From assembly GCA_037382465.1 (NCBI GenBank), contig JARRPX010000004.1, positions 76,204-140,203 on the forward strand: 64,000 nt of DNA, given 5' to 3'. This document shows, in pieces, positions 44,564-54,284 of this stretch; within the stretch, counting starts at the first letter, position 1; every line of letters begins with the position of its first letter. Position numbers and translations under genes: made by a program. The notes beneath the pieces were generated by a model. That model did no database searches. It was not told the DNA's origin and saw nothing but the letters and a program-made list of their open reading frames with translations. The DNA is from Anaerolineales bacterium. Lineage in GTDB: Bacteria; Chloroflexota; Anaerolineae; Anaerolineales; E44-bin32.

Positions 44564-47341
44564 ATGACTACCCAACCTCGCTTATTTCTCATCGATGGCC
44601 ATGCACTCGCATACCGCACCTACTTTGCACTGACGCGTGCAGGCGATCCCTCCCGCTGGATAACCAAATCCGGCGAGCCGACGGCCGGGACGTACGGCTT
44701 CGTCTCCGTGCTGCTCTCGCTCCTCGAGCGTGAGAAACCGGAGTATCTCGCCGTCTCCTTCGATACCGGCCGCACGTTCCGCGACGATCTGTTTGCTGAG
44801 TACAAGGCCACCCGAGAGAAGATGCCCGACGATCTTCGCCTGCAGATCAAACGCATCCGTGAGATTATCGCGGCCTTCGGAATCCCCATTCTCGAAGCCG
44901 AAGGATACGAAGCCGATGACGTGCTCGGCACTGTGGCCCGACAAGCGTCAGCGCAGGGCGTCCATACCATCATCGTCACCGGTGACCGTGATCTCCTGCA
45001 GCTTGCCACCGACGACGTGACCATTCAATTATCCGGCCAGAAGCTTTCCGAAGCGACCGACTACGGGCCGGAACAGGTTCGCGAACGCTACGATCTCGAT
45101 CCCGGGCAGCTGGTCGACCTGAAAGCCCTCGTCGGTGACAGCAGCGACAACATCCCGGGCGTGCGCGGCGTGGGTGAGAAAACGGCCACATCGCTGCTCC
45201 AAAAATACCATACCCTGGATAACATCTTCGCCAACCTGGCGGAGGTTCAGTCCCGTTTCCGTAACAAATTGGAGCAAGGCCGCGATGATGCCTATCTGAG
45301 CAAGAAGTTGGGCCAAATCGAAACGGACGTGCCCATCGAGTTCAATCTCGAGTCATGCCGCGCGCAAGCCTACAACCGGGATGAAATCGTCGACATTTTT
45401 CGGGAACTCGAATTCCGCACTTTACTCAACCGCATCCAAATCGACGAAGAAAGCGGCGAACACCAGATGAGTCTTTTCGTCAGCGATCAGCAGGGCGGTA
45501 GCGCAGGATCCCGGACCGTACACATCGTCGACGATGCTGAAAAACTCAAAAATCTGATCCAGCGCCTCGAAGCGGCTGAACGCGTTGCTTTCGACGTCGA
45601 AACGACCAGCACAGATGAGATGCAGGCCGATCTCGTCGGAATATCGCTCGCCACCCAACCCGAAGAGGGGTATTACATTCCCGTCGGGCACGTCGCTGCC
45701 CAAGCCGGAGCGCAACTGCCGTTGGAAACGGTCATCGAAGCCCTGCGTGGTCCCCTGACCGATTCCGGCAAACCCAAGGTGGGACACAATCTGAAGTACG
45801 ATTACACCCTTCTCGCTCGCAGCGGGCTTCGTGCTTCGCCGCTCGCATTCGATACCATGCTGGCCGAGTGGCTCTGCGATCCCGCTTCCCGCAGCCTGGG
45901 GCTGAAAAATCTGGCCTGGATCCGCCTGGGCGTGGAGATGACGGAGATCGAAACGTTAATCGGCCGTGGAAAGAATCAACGTTCCATGGCCGAGGTGCCC
46001 ATTGCAGAAGTCGCGCCGTACGCCGCTGCGGACGCCGAGATCTGTCTGCGCCTCCTGCCGATCCTCGAGAAGGAACTAAAAGAGAAGAACCAGACGAAAT
46101 TGTTCCAAGAGCTTGAAATGCCGTTGATTCCCATCCTGGCACAAATGGAGATGACGGGGATCAGCCTGGACATCGAATTCTTACGTCAGCTTTCCAGAGA
46201 ACTGCAGGAGCGTATGGCGAAGATCGAAACCAAGATCTTCGAAGAAGCCGGCAGTCAATTCAACGTCAATTCGACGCAGCAGTTGTCGGCTGTGCTTTTC
46301 GAGGATTTGAAGCTCGCCCCGCCCGATCGCGCCCGCCGCACGGCTTCCGGTCATTACTCTACCGCCGCCTCGGTGCTTGAAGAACTGCGTGAAGCACATC
46401 CAATCGTAGATGACATACTCGCCTACCGCGAGATCGCAAAGATAAAATCCACCTACGCCGACGCCCTGCCCCAGGAAGTCAATCCACGAACGGGCCGCGT
46501 ACACACGTCCTTCAATCAAACCGGTTCGGTGACCGGCCGATTGGCATCATCGAACCCCAATTTGCAAAACATACCGGTGCGCACCGAAATCGGTCGTGAA
46601 ATCCGCCGGGCCTTTATCGCAGACAGCGGCCACACTTTGCTCAGTGTGGACTACTCTCAAATCGAACTGCGCATCGTCGCCCACATATCCGAAGATGAAG
46701 CGATGCTGCAAGCCTTCCGAGACGATCAAGACATCCACAGCGCCACCGCAGCGGCGATCTTTGGCGTCAAACCTGCAGACGTAACGCCGAATCTGCGCAG
46801 ACGGGCGAAAGCGATCAATTTTGGCCTGATCTACGGGATGAGTCCCTTCGGGCTGACCCGTTCCACGGATTTGACCCTCGCGGAAGCCGAAAACTTCGTC
46901 AAGGCATATTTCGATCGATTCCCTGGCGTGCAGCGATACCTGGAGCAGATTCGACAACAGGCCTCTCAGGTCGGCTACGTTTCCACACTGCTGGGTCGAC
47001 GGCGATACTTCCCGCAGTTGGTCGCGGGGTCCGCCGTTTCAGAACAGGCTCGCGCCCGGGCGATGCGCGAGGCGATCAACGCCCCGATCCAGGGCACGGC
47101 CTCCGACATCATCAAAATCGCCATGATACGCCTCCCGCAAGCACTGGCCGAGGAGAAATCAAAAGCCGACATGCTGATCCAGGTTCACGACGAATTGGTT
47201 CTCGAATGTCCGCAAAGCGAACTGACCAAAACCACCGCCGTCGTTCAGAAGATCATGCAAGGCGCATTCGATCTTCGTGTGCCATTGAAGACCGATGCCA
47301 AAGCAGGCGTGACCTGGGCGAGCATGAAACCCGTAGATTGA
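44564..47341 (+). CDS. polA: DNA polymerase I
   Basis: 925 aa. It has a 5'-3' exonuclease N-terminus (LFLIDGHALAYRTYFAL), a 3'-5' exonuclease-like domain, and polymerase motifs DYSQIELRI, RRRAKAINFGLIYGMS and QVHDELV. Confidence 0.97.
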   Translation: MTTQPRLFLIDGHALAYRTYFALTRAGDPSRWITKSGEPTAGTYGFVSVLLSLLEREKPEYLAVSFDTGRTFRDDLFAEYKATREKMPDDLRLQIKRIREIIAAFGIPILEAEGYEADDVLGTVARQASAQGVHTIIVTGDRDLLQLATDDVTIQLSGQKLSEATDYGPEQVRERYDLDPGQLVDLKALVGDSSDNIPGVRGVGEKTATSLLQKYHTLDNIFANLAEVQSRFRNKLEQGRDDAYLSKKLGQIETDVPIEFNLESCRAQAYNRDEIVDIFRELEFRTLLNRIQIDEESGEHQMSLFVSDQQGGSAGSRTVHIVDDAEKLKNLIQRLEAAERVAFDVETTSTDEMQADLVGISLATQPEEGYYIPVGHVAAQAGAQLPLETVIEALRGPLTDSGKPKVGHNLKYDYTLLARSGLRASPLAFDTMLAEWLCDPASRSLGLKNLAWIRLGVEMTEIETLIGRGKNQRSMAEVPIAEVAPYAAADAEICLRLLPILEKELKEKNQTKLFQELEMPLIPILAQMEMTGISLDIEFLRQLSRELQERMAKIETKIFEEAGSQFNVNSTQQLSAVLFEDLKLAPPDRARRTASGHYSTAASVLEELREAHPIVDDILAYREIAKIKSTYADALPQEVNPRTGRVHTSFNQTGSVTGRLASSNPNLQNIPVRTEIGREIRRAFIADSGHTLLSVDYSQIELRIVAHISEDEAMLQAFRDDQDIHSATAAAIFGVKPADVTPNLRRRAKAINFGLIYGMSPFGLTRSTDLTLAEAENFVKAYFDRFPGVQRYLEQIRQQASQVGYVSTLLGRRRYFPQLVAGSAVSEQARARAMREAINAPIQGTASDIIKIAMIRLPQALAEEKSKADMLIQVHDELVLECPQSELTKTTAVVQKIMQGAFDLRVPLKTDAKAGVTWASMKPVD

Positions 47342-47462
47342 TGCCAACGGAGACGAATGACAGCAGGATTGGCATATATTTCGTCAGGTTGTTCAGCGAC
47401 CGATGATGACTTATGCTATACTCGCCTCGCCTAGAATTTTTTAGTCAGGTGAAGATCGTCGA

Positions 47463-49808
47463 ATGACTGACCAGTCAAACCTTTTTGAAGAATCGATGCG
47501 CCTTGGGCACTCTGCTGCCTGGGACCTCAAGTGGGACCGGGCAATCGAGTTCTACCGCAAGGCATTGGTGCAGCTGCCGGAAGATCCTGGTGCGCTCACC
47601 AGTTTGGGGTTGGCGCTGCTGGAGACCGAGCAGTACAAGGAAGCGCTTTCGGTCTACCATAAGGCCGCGAAGGTCACCCCCAACGACCCGATCCCGCTCG
47701 AACGCTGCGCAGAGATCTTCGAACGCCTGGGGCAAATTAGCGACGCCGTCATGCAGCGCAATGCTGCGGCGCAGCGCTACCTGGCCCGAAAGGACGCTCA
47801 GAAGGCCATCGATAACTGGATTCACATCGCACGCCTGACACCGGACGATTTGCACACGCGCTCCACCTTGGCCCTCACTTACGAACGGACCGGAAATGCC
47901 CGCCAGGCGGTGTACGAATACATCAACGTGGCGTCCATATTGCAAAGAGCGGGGAACACCGAGCGGGCCATAGAAGCCGTACAGCGTGCTTTACGCCTCG
48001 TCCCCGGGCATCCTGAGGCGGGTAAAGCCTTGCGTGCGCTCAAGGTCGGCGAAACCTTGGCGCCGCCCTCGCAGCCGCGCGGCGCGACCGCGCCGCTGCG
48101 GATGGCCAAGGTCCAGGAATACATCAACGCGGAAGCCGTGGAGACGGAAGTAGACGACGATGATGTGGCAGATCCCGAAGTCGCGGCGCAGCGCGATGCA
48201 CTCAAGATTTTGGCCGGTCTGCTGTTCGATGAACCAAGTGGGGACGATGAAGATGATCTCGATCAGGCGGACACTTCATCCGGACTTTCCGCCCTCGCTG
48301 GAGGGTTGAGTCTTTCGGGCCGTAAATCCGTCGGGCAACCCCAGATGTATCGTTATCTCGGGCAGGCGATCGATCTGCAAACACGTGGGAAAGACAAAGA
48401 AGCCATCAAGGAATACGAACGTGCGATTAAAGCTGGATTGGACCATCGGGCGGCGCACTACAACGTAGGTATTCTGCTCAAGAAGGCCGAAGATTACCAG
48501 GCCGCTAAAAAGCATCTTGCCGCCGCGTTGGGTTACGAAGATTTAGATCTGGGCACCAACCTCGCCCTCGGTCGGATCGCGCGCACGGAGAAAGACCTGC
48601 CCGAAGCTGCCAGGTACCTGCTGCAAGCCCTGCGAATCGCCGATTCGCTGTCCGTCGATTCCAGTCAATCGGCGTCCCTGAATCAGTTTTACGACGCCAT
48701 GCTCGTTTCCCAGGAAGAAGGCAACGAAGAAGAACTGGCTCGTATCGTTGAGAGCACGCTCAACTTTCTCAGCGGTCCGGATTGGATGCGTCGGCTTCGT
48801 CAGGCACGCATGCAATTGGAAAGCGAGGGTGCGGAAAGCTCGGCCGTCGTTCCGATCGCCGAGATGCTCGCCGTGGGCGGAACGGACCGCGTGCTTCAAT
48901 CCCTGGGCCGAATCGACGACCTTCTCGTCCGTGAATTGTTCGCCGCGGCCATGGAAGAAGCGATGCTGACGCTCGATCACGCACCTTCCTATCTTGCGCT
49001 GCACATGCGCATGGCTGAAATCATGATCCGCAGCGGCCGTCGGGAAGCCGGCTTGGAAAAAATGGGGATCGTCGCCGAAACGCATCGCGTGCGTGGTGAA
49101 ATTCCCCAGGCCGCAGATGTCTACGCCAAGATCATCCGCGAGGCCCCGGTCAACATCCCGGCCAGAAACCGACTGATCGAACTCTTCGTCCAGCAAGATC
49201 GACACAAAGAGGCGCTGGAACACTACATCGATCTGGCGGACATCTATATGCAAATGGCAGAACTGGACTCGGCCAGAAAAGCCCTGGCATCAGCGCTCAG
49301 CCTGGCGCAGGACAGTTCTGTCGACCGAGAGTGGTCCGTAAAGATATTACGGGAAATGGGCGACATCGACCTTTCTCGTCTGGATTGGCGGCGTGCATTG
49401 CGCGTCTATTCCCAGATCCGCACCCTGGATCCAAGCGACGAGAAGGCGCGTACGAACGTGATCGATCTGAATTTACGTCTCGCGCAGGATGAACAAGCCG
49501 CTCAGGAATTGGATGGTTATCTCGAGTATCTCGTTCAGCACGATCGCGGTCAAAACGCCTTGACTTTCATTGAAGACCTGGCGCGAGAGCACTCCGGGAA
49601 AAGCATTCTGCACGAGCGTCTTGCCGAAGCTTACCTCGCCGCCGGCCGCAAAGCCGATGCAATCGCACAATTCGATGCACTGGGTGAGATCCTCCTCGAC
49701 GCCGGGCGTAACGGCGAAGCAATTCGAATCATCGAAAGAATCATCACTCTCCAACCCCCCGACATCGAAGGGTATCAAGAATTGCTCACCAATTTGAGGA
49801 ACGCCTGA
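47463..49808 (+). CDS. TPR-repeat protein
   Basis: 781 aa of degenerate 34-aa TPR-like helical repeats (for example AIEFYRKALVQLPEDPGALTSLGLALLETEQYKEALSVYHKAAKVTPNDP). Confidence 0.8.
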   Translation: MTDQSNLFEESMRLGHSAAWDLKWDRAIEFYRKALVQLPEDPGALTSLGLALLETEQYKEALSVYHKAAKVTPNDPIPLERCAEIFERLGQISDAVMQRNAAAQRYLARKDAQKAIDNWIHIARLTPDDLHTRSTLALTYERTGNARQAVYEYINVASILQRAGNTERAIEAVQRALRLVPGHPEAGKALRALKVGETLAPPSQPRGATAPLRMAKVQEYINAEAVETEVDDDDVADPEVAAQRDALKILAGLLFDEPSGDDEDDLDQADTSSGLSALAGGLSLSGRKSVGQPQMYRYLGQAIDLQTRGKDKEAIKEYERAIKAGLDHRAAHYNVGILLKKAEDYQAAKKHLAAALGYEDLDLGTNLALGRIARTEKDLPEAARYLLQALRIADSLSVDSSQSASLNQFYDAMLVSQEEGNEEELARIVESTLNFLSGPDWMRRLRQARMQLESEGAESSAVVPIAEMLAVGGTDRVLQSLGRIDDLLVRELFAAAMEEAMLTLDHAPSYLALHMRMAEIMIRSGRREAGLEKMGIVAETHRVRGEIPQAADVYAKIIREAPVNIPARNRLIELFVQQDRHKEALEHYIDLADIYMQMAELDSARKALASALSLAQDSSVDREWSVKILREMGDIDLSRLDWRRALRVYSQIRTLDPSDEKARTNVIDLNLRLAQDEQAAQELDGYLEYLVQHDRGQNALTFIEDLAREHSGKSILHERLAEAYLAAGRKADAIAQFDALGEILLDAGRNGEAIRIIERIITLQPPDIEGYQELLTNLRNA

Positions 49809-49843
49809 CGATCGATGGAGGGAAAGCAAAATAGGTTTCGAAC

Positions 49844-50719
49844 GTGACGGATCTCATAAACGAGCTGGAATTATTCATACTTCGCTTCAACTGGCTGAGC
49901 TTGATCGATATCTTGCTCGTCACCGTGGTGATGTATTTGCTCCTGCGGCTCATGCGGGGCACGCGAGCGGAAGTCTTGCTGCGCGGGGTGATCCTGCTCA
50001 CCCTCGGCATTGCTTTGATCACACTGGTGCTCGACCTTCCAGCTTTCTCGTGGCTGCTGCAAACGTCTTTGCCGGCGCTGATCGTTGCGATTCCGGTGAT
50101 CTTTGCCCCCGAAATCCGCCGTGCGCTGGAACAATTGGGAAGAGCAGGAAATTTCTTCATTCTGGGAACACAACCCAGCGCAATCGAAAACATGATCGAC
50201 ATCGTCTGTGGCACTGCCCAGCGGCTTGCGGAACGCAGATTTGGTGCATTGATCGTTATTGAAAGAGAAGTGCGGCTGGATGAATACGTCGAAACCGGAA
50301 TTTCCCTCGACGCGCAATTGACGCCCGAACTTCTGCTGCAGCTCTTTTTTCACAACACCCCACTGCACGACGGCGCAGTGATCATCCGGAACGGCAGACT
50401 CGTCGCAGCAGCATGTGTGATGCCGCTCTCCTCCAGCGGCACACTTTCGAGATCGCCGGCGCACCACTTCGGCCTGCGCCATCGTGCTGCGCTGGGCATC
50501 AGCGAGGTCAGCGACTCGGTGTCCGTCGTCGTGTCGGAAGAGACGGGATCAATCTCGATCACCCACAACGGACGCATGATCCGCCGCCTGGACCAGAATC
50601 GCCTGCGCAACATTCTGACCGCCTTTTTCCAACCGCGTACGACCAGCCGGCTCCCCGAGTGGCTCGACCAATTGCTTTTGCGGTTCCAACATGCAAGCAG
50701 CGAAGCCCAGGGAGACTGA
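49844..50719 (+). CDS. cdaA: diadenylate cyclase (membrane-anchored, DisA_N/DAC domain)
   Basis: Three N-terminal TM helices are followed by GALIVIERE, TPLHDGAVII and GLRHRAALGISEVSDSVSVVVSEETGSISI. Confidence 0.9.
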   Translation: MTDLINELELFILRFNWLSLIDILLVTVVMYLLLRLMRGTRAEVLLRGVILLTLGIALITLVLDLPAFSWLLQTSLPALIVAIPVIFAPEIRRALEQLGRAGNFFILGTQPSAIENMIDIVCGTAQRLAERRFGALIVIEREVRLDEYVETGISLDAQLTPELLLQLFFHNTPLHDGAVIIRNGRLVAAACVMPLSSSGTLSRSPAHHFGLRHRAALGISEVSDSVSVVVSEETGSISITHNGRMIRRLDQNRLRNILTAFFQPRTTSRLPEWLDQLLLRFQHASSEAQGD

Positions 50720-50727
50720 AGCCTTCC

Positions 50728-51975
50728 ATGTTGACTTGGTTCAGGGAGAACTTCGGAACCCTTCTGCTTTCGCTGATCCTGGCTGTCATGGTCTGGTTCA
50801 TTGCCGTCAATGAGGATGATCCCCGCGTAGAACACCCGCTTTCCAATCCGGTCGACATTCAATTTACCGGCGTACCGGATGGCTTTCTGATCACCAACCC
50901 GTCCGCAACGCAAGCCAGCGTTACGCTCCTGACGACCCAATCGATCTGGAACGAACTGTCGGATGCGGACATCCGCGTGGTGGCGGATATGTCAGGGTTG
51001 GAGCAAGGCACGTACAAAGTACCGCTCCAGGCAAAGCTCACGCGACGATTGGTCAAAGTAACTGAGATCGCACCGGAATCCGTGATCGTCACCCTGGAAG
51101 TAAAAGAAACGAAAACACTGCCGGTCCAGGTCGTGACTCTCGGCAGTCCGGCGTTGAGCTATACCGCCGAAGACCCGGTCGCCGAGCCTCGAAACGCAAC
51201 CATCGTCGGACCCGCCTCCGCGGTAGCGCGCGTGGTCGAATTACGAGCTGCACTCAACCTGACCAACCGCCAGGAAAGCCTGGATCAACTGGTGACTCTC
51301 AACGCCATGGACGAAAACGGGCTCGAGGTAAACGGCATCCAGATCTCCCCCGAAACCGTGCGCGTGCAGATCCAGATCACGCAACAGCCCAACTACCGCC
51401 TCGTCTCCGTCATACCCAAGATCGAGGGGCAGGACGAATTGGTGGAAGCCGGCTACCTGGTAACCGAGGTCACCGTTACGCCTCAATGGGTGACGATCTT
51501 TTCCTCCGATCCCCAGGCATTCGAAGACCTGCCGGGCTACATCGAAACCGTTCCACTGGACTTGTCCGGCGCCGTGGACGATGTCGAGCAGCAACTGCAG
51601 CTCGATCTCCCGCCCGGCTTTTCCCTGGCGTTTGAGCAGAGCGTGACCGTCAAAGTCGACATCGAACCCCGCACAAACTCGATCACCATCAACCGTCCGT
51701 TGGACGTGCGCGGGGTCGGTACCGACCTCTACGCCCTGCTCTCTCCCGATGAAGTCTCCATCATTCTCACGGGTCCGGCGGCGCTGCTCAACACGCTGCA
51801 GCCGGAAGAGATCATCGTGGTCGTCGATGTAACCGGTTTAGAACCCGGAACGTACCAGATCACGCCGCAAATCATCGGGATTCCCGAGATTATCGACGCC
51901 AGCGGCCCCATCCCGGCCACCATTCAAGTCACGATCAGCGCCACTCCGCTGCCGACCCCCACCTCAGAATCATGA
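50728..51975 (+). CDS. cdaR: YbbR-domain protein, CdaA regulator-like
   Basis: The start at ATG 50728 (MLTWFRENFGTLLLSLILAVMVWFIAVNED) gives an N-terminal TM followed by repeated YbbR-like beta modules. Its position right after cdaA is canonical. The track ORF start at 50413 overlaps cdaA and is rejected. Confidence 0.8.
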   Translation: MLTWFRENFGTLLLSLILAVMVWFIAVNEDDPRVEHPLSNPVDIQFTGVPDGFLITNPSATQASVTLLTTQSIWNELSDADIRVVADMSGLEQGTYKVPLQAKLTRRLVKVTEIAPESVIVTLEVKETKTLPVQVVTLGSPALSYTAEDPVAEPRNATIVGPASAVARVVELRAALNLTNRQESLDQLVTLNAMDENGLEVNGIQISPETVRVQIQITQQPNYRLVSVIPKIEGQDELVEAGYLVTEVTVTPQWVTIFSSDPQAFEDLPGYIETVPLDLSGAVDDVEQQLQLDLPPGFSLAFEQSVTVKVDIEPRTNSITINRPLDVRGVGTDLYALLSPDEVSIILTGPAALLNTLQPEEIIVVVDVTGLEPGTYQITPQIIGIPEIIDASGPIPATIQVTISATPLPTPTSES

Positions 51976-51981
51976 GTGCCG

Positions 51982-53352
51982 ATGTCCAAACCTGTCGTTG
52001 CAATCGTCGGACGCCCGAACGTCGGTAAGTCCACCCTGTTCAATCGCCTCGCAGGCGAACGCCTGGCCGTCGTGGACGACAGGCCCGGCACCACGCGCGA
52101 TCGTCTCGTCGCCGAAGCGGAATGGCGCGGCATCACTTTCGACATCGTCGATACCGGCGGGATCGATCCGACGGACATCCGCAGAAGCGAACCCTTGTCT
52201 CTGGACTCCGCAGACTTTATCGAACAGATTCGTACCCAGGCCGAACTGGCCATGCGAGATGCAGATGCCATCCTGTTCATCGTGGATGTCGAAAGCGGGG
52301 TAACGCCGGCGGACGTGGAAGTGGCAGAGAGGCTGCGGAAACAGCAGGGCCTGCAGCGCGAGACCCGGCAACCACCAATCCTGCTCGTGGTCAATCGCTG
52401 CGACAACGAACAACGGCGTGCCCGGGCGCACGAATTCTATGAACTCGGCATGGGCGATCCGATACCGATTTCCGCCCTGCACGGCAGCGGCACCGGCGAT
52501 ATGCTGGACCTGCTCGTGGAGGCCCTGCAGTTCGAAGGCGCACTCGAGGACGATGAAGATACCACGATCAAGATCGCCATCATTGGTCGCCCCAACGTGG
52601 GGAAATCCAGTCTGTTGAATCGTCTGCTGGGGGAGGAACGGGTGATTGTGTCCCCTCTACCAGGGACTACCCGCGACGCCATCGATACCCGGCTCATCTA
52701 CCGCGGCACACCCCTGACATTGATCGACACGGCGGGGATTCGACGCAGGGGCCGCATTCAATCCGGCGTGGAGCGGTATTCCGTCCTGCGCGCCCTGAAG
52801 GCCATCGATCGCGCGGACGTCGTCCTGCTGCTCGTCGACGCCACGGAAAGCGTCATCGCGCAAGACACGCACATCGCGGGCATGGCGATCGAAAAAGCGA
52901 AGAGCGTCGTCGTGATCGTCAACAAGTGGGACGCGGTAGACAAAGATTCACACACCATGGCCGCCTTCACGGAACACCTTCGGCAGGCGTTGAATTTCAT
53001 GGACTACGTCCCGGTCCTCTTCATTTCCGCCAAGACGGGTCTGCGCGTCGGACAGGTGATTTCCACGGCTTTGCAGGTGCAGGAAGAGCGGCTGCGGCGC
53101 ATACCGACCGGTCAATTGAATCGTCTGTTGAGACAAGCGCTCCACGATTTCCCGCCGCCGGCCAGAAAAGGCAAACGTCTGCGTATTCGCTATGCATCGC
53201 AGGTGCGCACCGATCCGCCCACGTTTCTTTTCCACGTCAACGATCCCGAGTTGGTCCATTTCAGCTACGTGCGATATCTCGAAAATTGCATCCGCACGGA
53301 GTACCATTTTCTGGGAACGCCGCTGCGTCTTTCCTTTCGAAAACAAGCCTGA
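51982..53352 (+). CDS. der: ribosome-associated GTPase Der/EngA (tandem GTPase domains plus KH-like domain)
   Basis: The sequence contains MSKPVVAIVGRPNVGKSTLFNRL...DTGG and a second G domain IAIIGRPNVGKSSLLNRL...DTAG...NKWD. The GTG at 51976 is an alternative start. Confidence 0.95.
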   Translation: MSKPVVAIVGRPNVGKSTLFNRLAGERLAVVDDRPGTTRDRLVAEAEWRGITFDIVDTGGIDPTDIRRSEPLSLDSADFIEQIRTQAELAMRDADAILFIVDVESGVTPADVEVAERLRKQQGLQRETRQPPILLVVNRCDNEQRRARAHEFYELGMGDPIPISALHGSGTGDMLDLLVEALQFEGALEDDEDTTIKIAIIGRPNVGKSSLLNRLLGEERVIVSPLPGTTRDAIDTRLIYRGTPLTLIDTAGIRRRGRIQSGVERYSVLRALKAIDRADVVLLLVDATESVIAQDTHIAGMAIEKAKSVVVIVNKWDAVDKDSHTMAAFTEHLRQALNFMDYVPVLFISAKTGLRVGQVISTALQVQEERLRRIPTGQLNRLLRQALHDFPPPARKGKRLRIRYASQVRTDPPTFLFHVNDPELVHFSYVRYLENCIRTEYHFLGTPLRLSFRKQA

Positions 53353-53422
53353 AGGATCGTTACCCTGCGCCTCGCGACTCCCCGAAATGTAGGCGCCCTC
53401 GATGATGATATAATTTGTTGCG

Positions 53423-54025
53423 ATGTCGAACCCTTACTCGTACGACCACGAAGCCGAGTTGCAGGCACCTGCCCCGGAAAAGCCACAGAACCGGATCATC
53501 CGCTACTTCGGTGAGTTTTTACAGACGGCCTTGATCGCCCTGCTGCTATTTCTGGCCGTCAATCTCATCACGGCGCGCATTCGCGTCGAAGGCATCAGCA
53601 TGGAACCGAGCCTCCACGACGGTCAATTCGTGGTCGTAAACCGGCTGGCGTATCGTTGGCAGGAACCCATCCGCGGAGACATCATCGTCTTCTACTTCCC
53701 TCAAAATCCCTCACGACGATTCATCAAACGTGTGATCGGCTTGCCCGGAGATACGATCGACGTTCAATCCGGCCATGTGTATGTCAACGACGTTCTGTTG
53801 GAAGAACCCTATATCGCCGCACCGGCGAACTTCTCCGGCGAGTGGCTCGTCGGCCGCAACGAGGTCTTCGTTCTCGGAGACAACCGCAATAACTCTTCTG
53901 ATTCCCCGGATTGGGGCGGATTGCCCATCAACGAAATCATCGGAAAAGCTATTTTCGTTTATTGGCCGCTGGACACCGTCGGACTGATCCCGCATTACAA
54001 TCTCGTAGGGGCTGCCGAAGAGTAA
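53423..54025 (+). CDS. lepB: signal peptidase I
   Basis: Motifs are SMEPSLHDGQFVVVNRLAY, RGDIIVF, KRVIGLPGD and GDNRNNSSDS. Confidence 0.9.
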   Translation: MSNPYSYDHEAELQAPAPEKPQNRIIRYFGEFLQTALIALLLFLAVNLITARIRVEGISMEPSLHDGQFVVVNRLAYRWQEPIRGDIIVFYFPQNPSRRFIKRVIGLPGDTIDVQSGHVYVNDVLLEEPYIAAPANFSGEWLVGRNEVFVLGDNRNNSSDSPDWGGLPINEIIGKAIFVYWPLDTVGLIPHYNLVGAAEE

Positions 54026-54251
54026 TAATGGTCACTCGCCTGAACCCCGTACGTTGTGCTAAAATCGAAACACAGAAACACCAAGTGATTTGCCCCAAAT
54101 GGGAATCTCAGTGCATAATTCAGCAGCATTGATTTCTACCCGTTAAGGACAGGTAGATTGGTGGTATCTCCGACTCTGGAATGGAATACATCTTCGATGA
54201 AGCTGTTTAGCGCCAAATCCACCGGAACGGGACGATGAGGATGAGAGATTT

Positions 54252-54267
54252 TGTGTCCTAGGACACA
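54252..54267. promoter_or_regulatory. perfect 16-bp palindrome (operator-like) just upstream of the REC-GAF gene
   Basis: TGTGTCCTAGGACACA ends 17 nt before the ATG at 54285. Confidence 0.4.
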
Positions 54268-54284
54268 TCTCAAAGGACATTCAC

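Noticed and set aside
50413-50727. A 105-aa N-terminal extension of the cdaR ORF that overlaps cdaA.
   Set aside because: The extension is Arg/Pro-rich out-of-frame cdaA sequence. The ATG at 50728 gives the canonical N-terminal TM helix of YbbR/CdaR proteins right after the cdaA stop.
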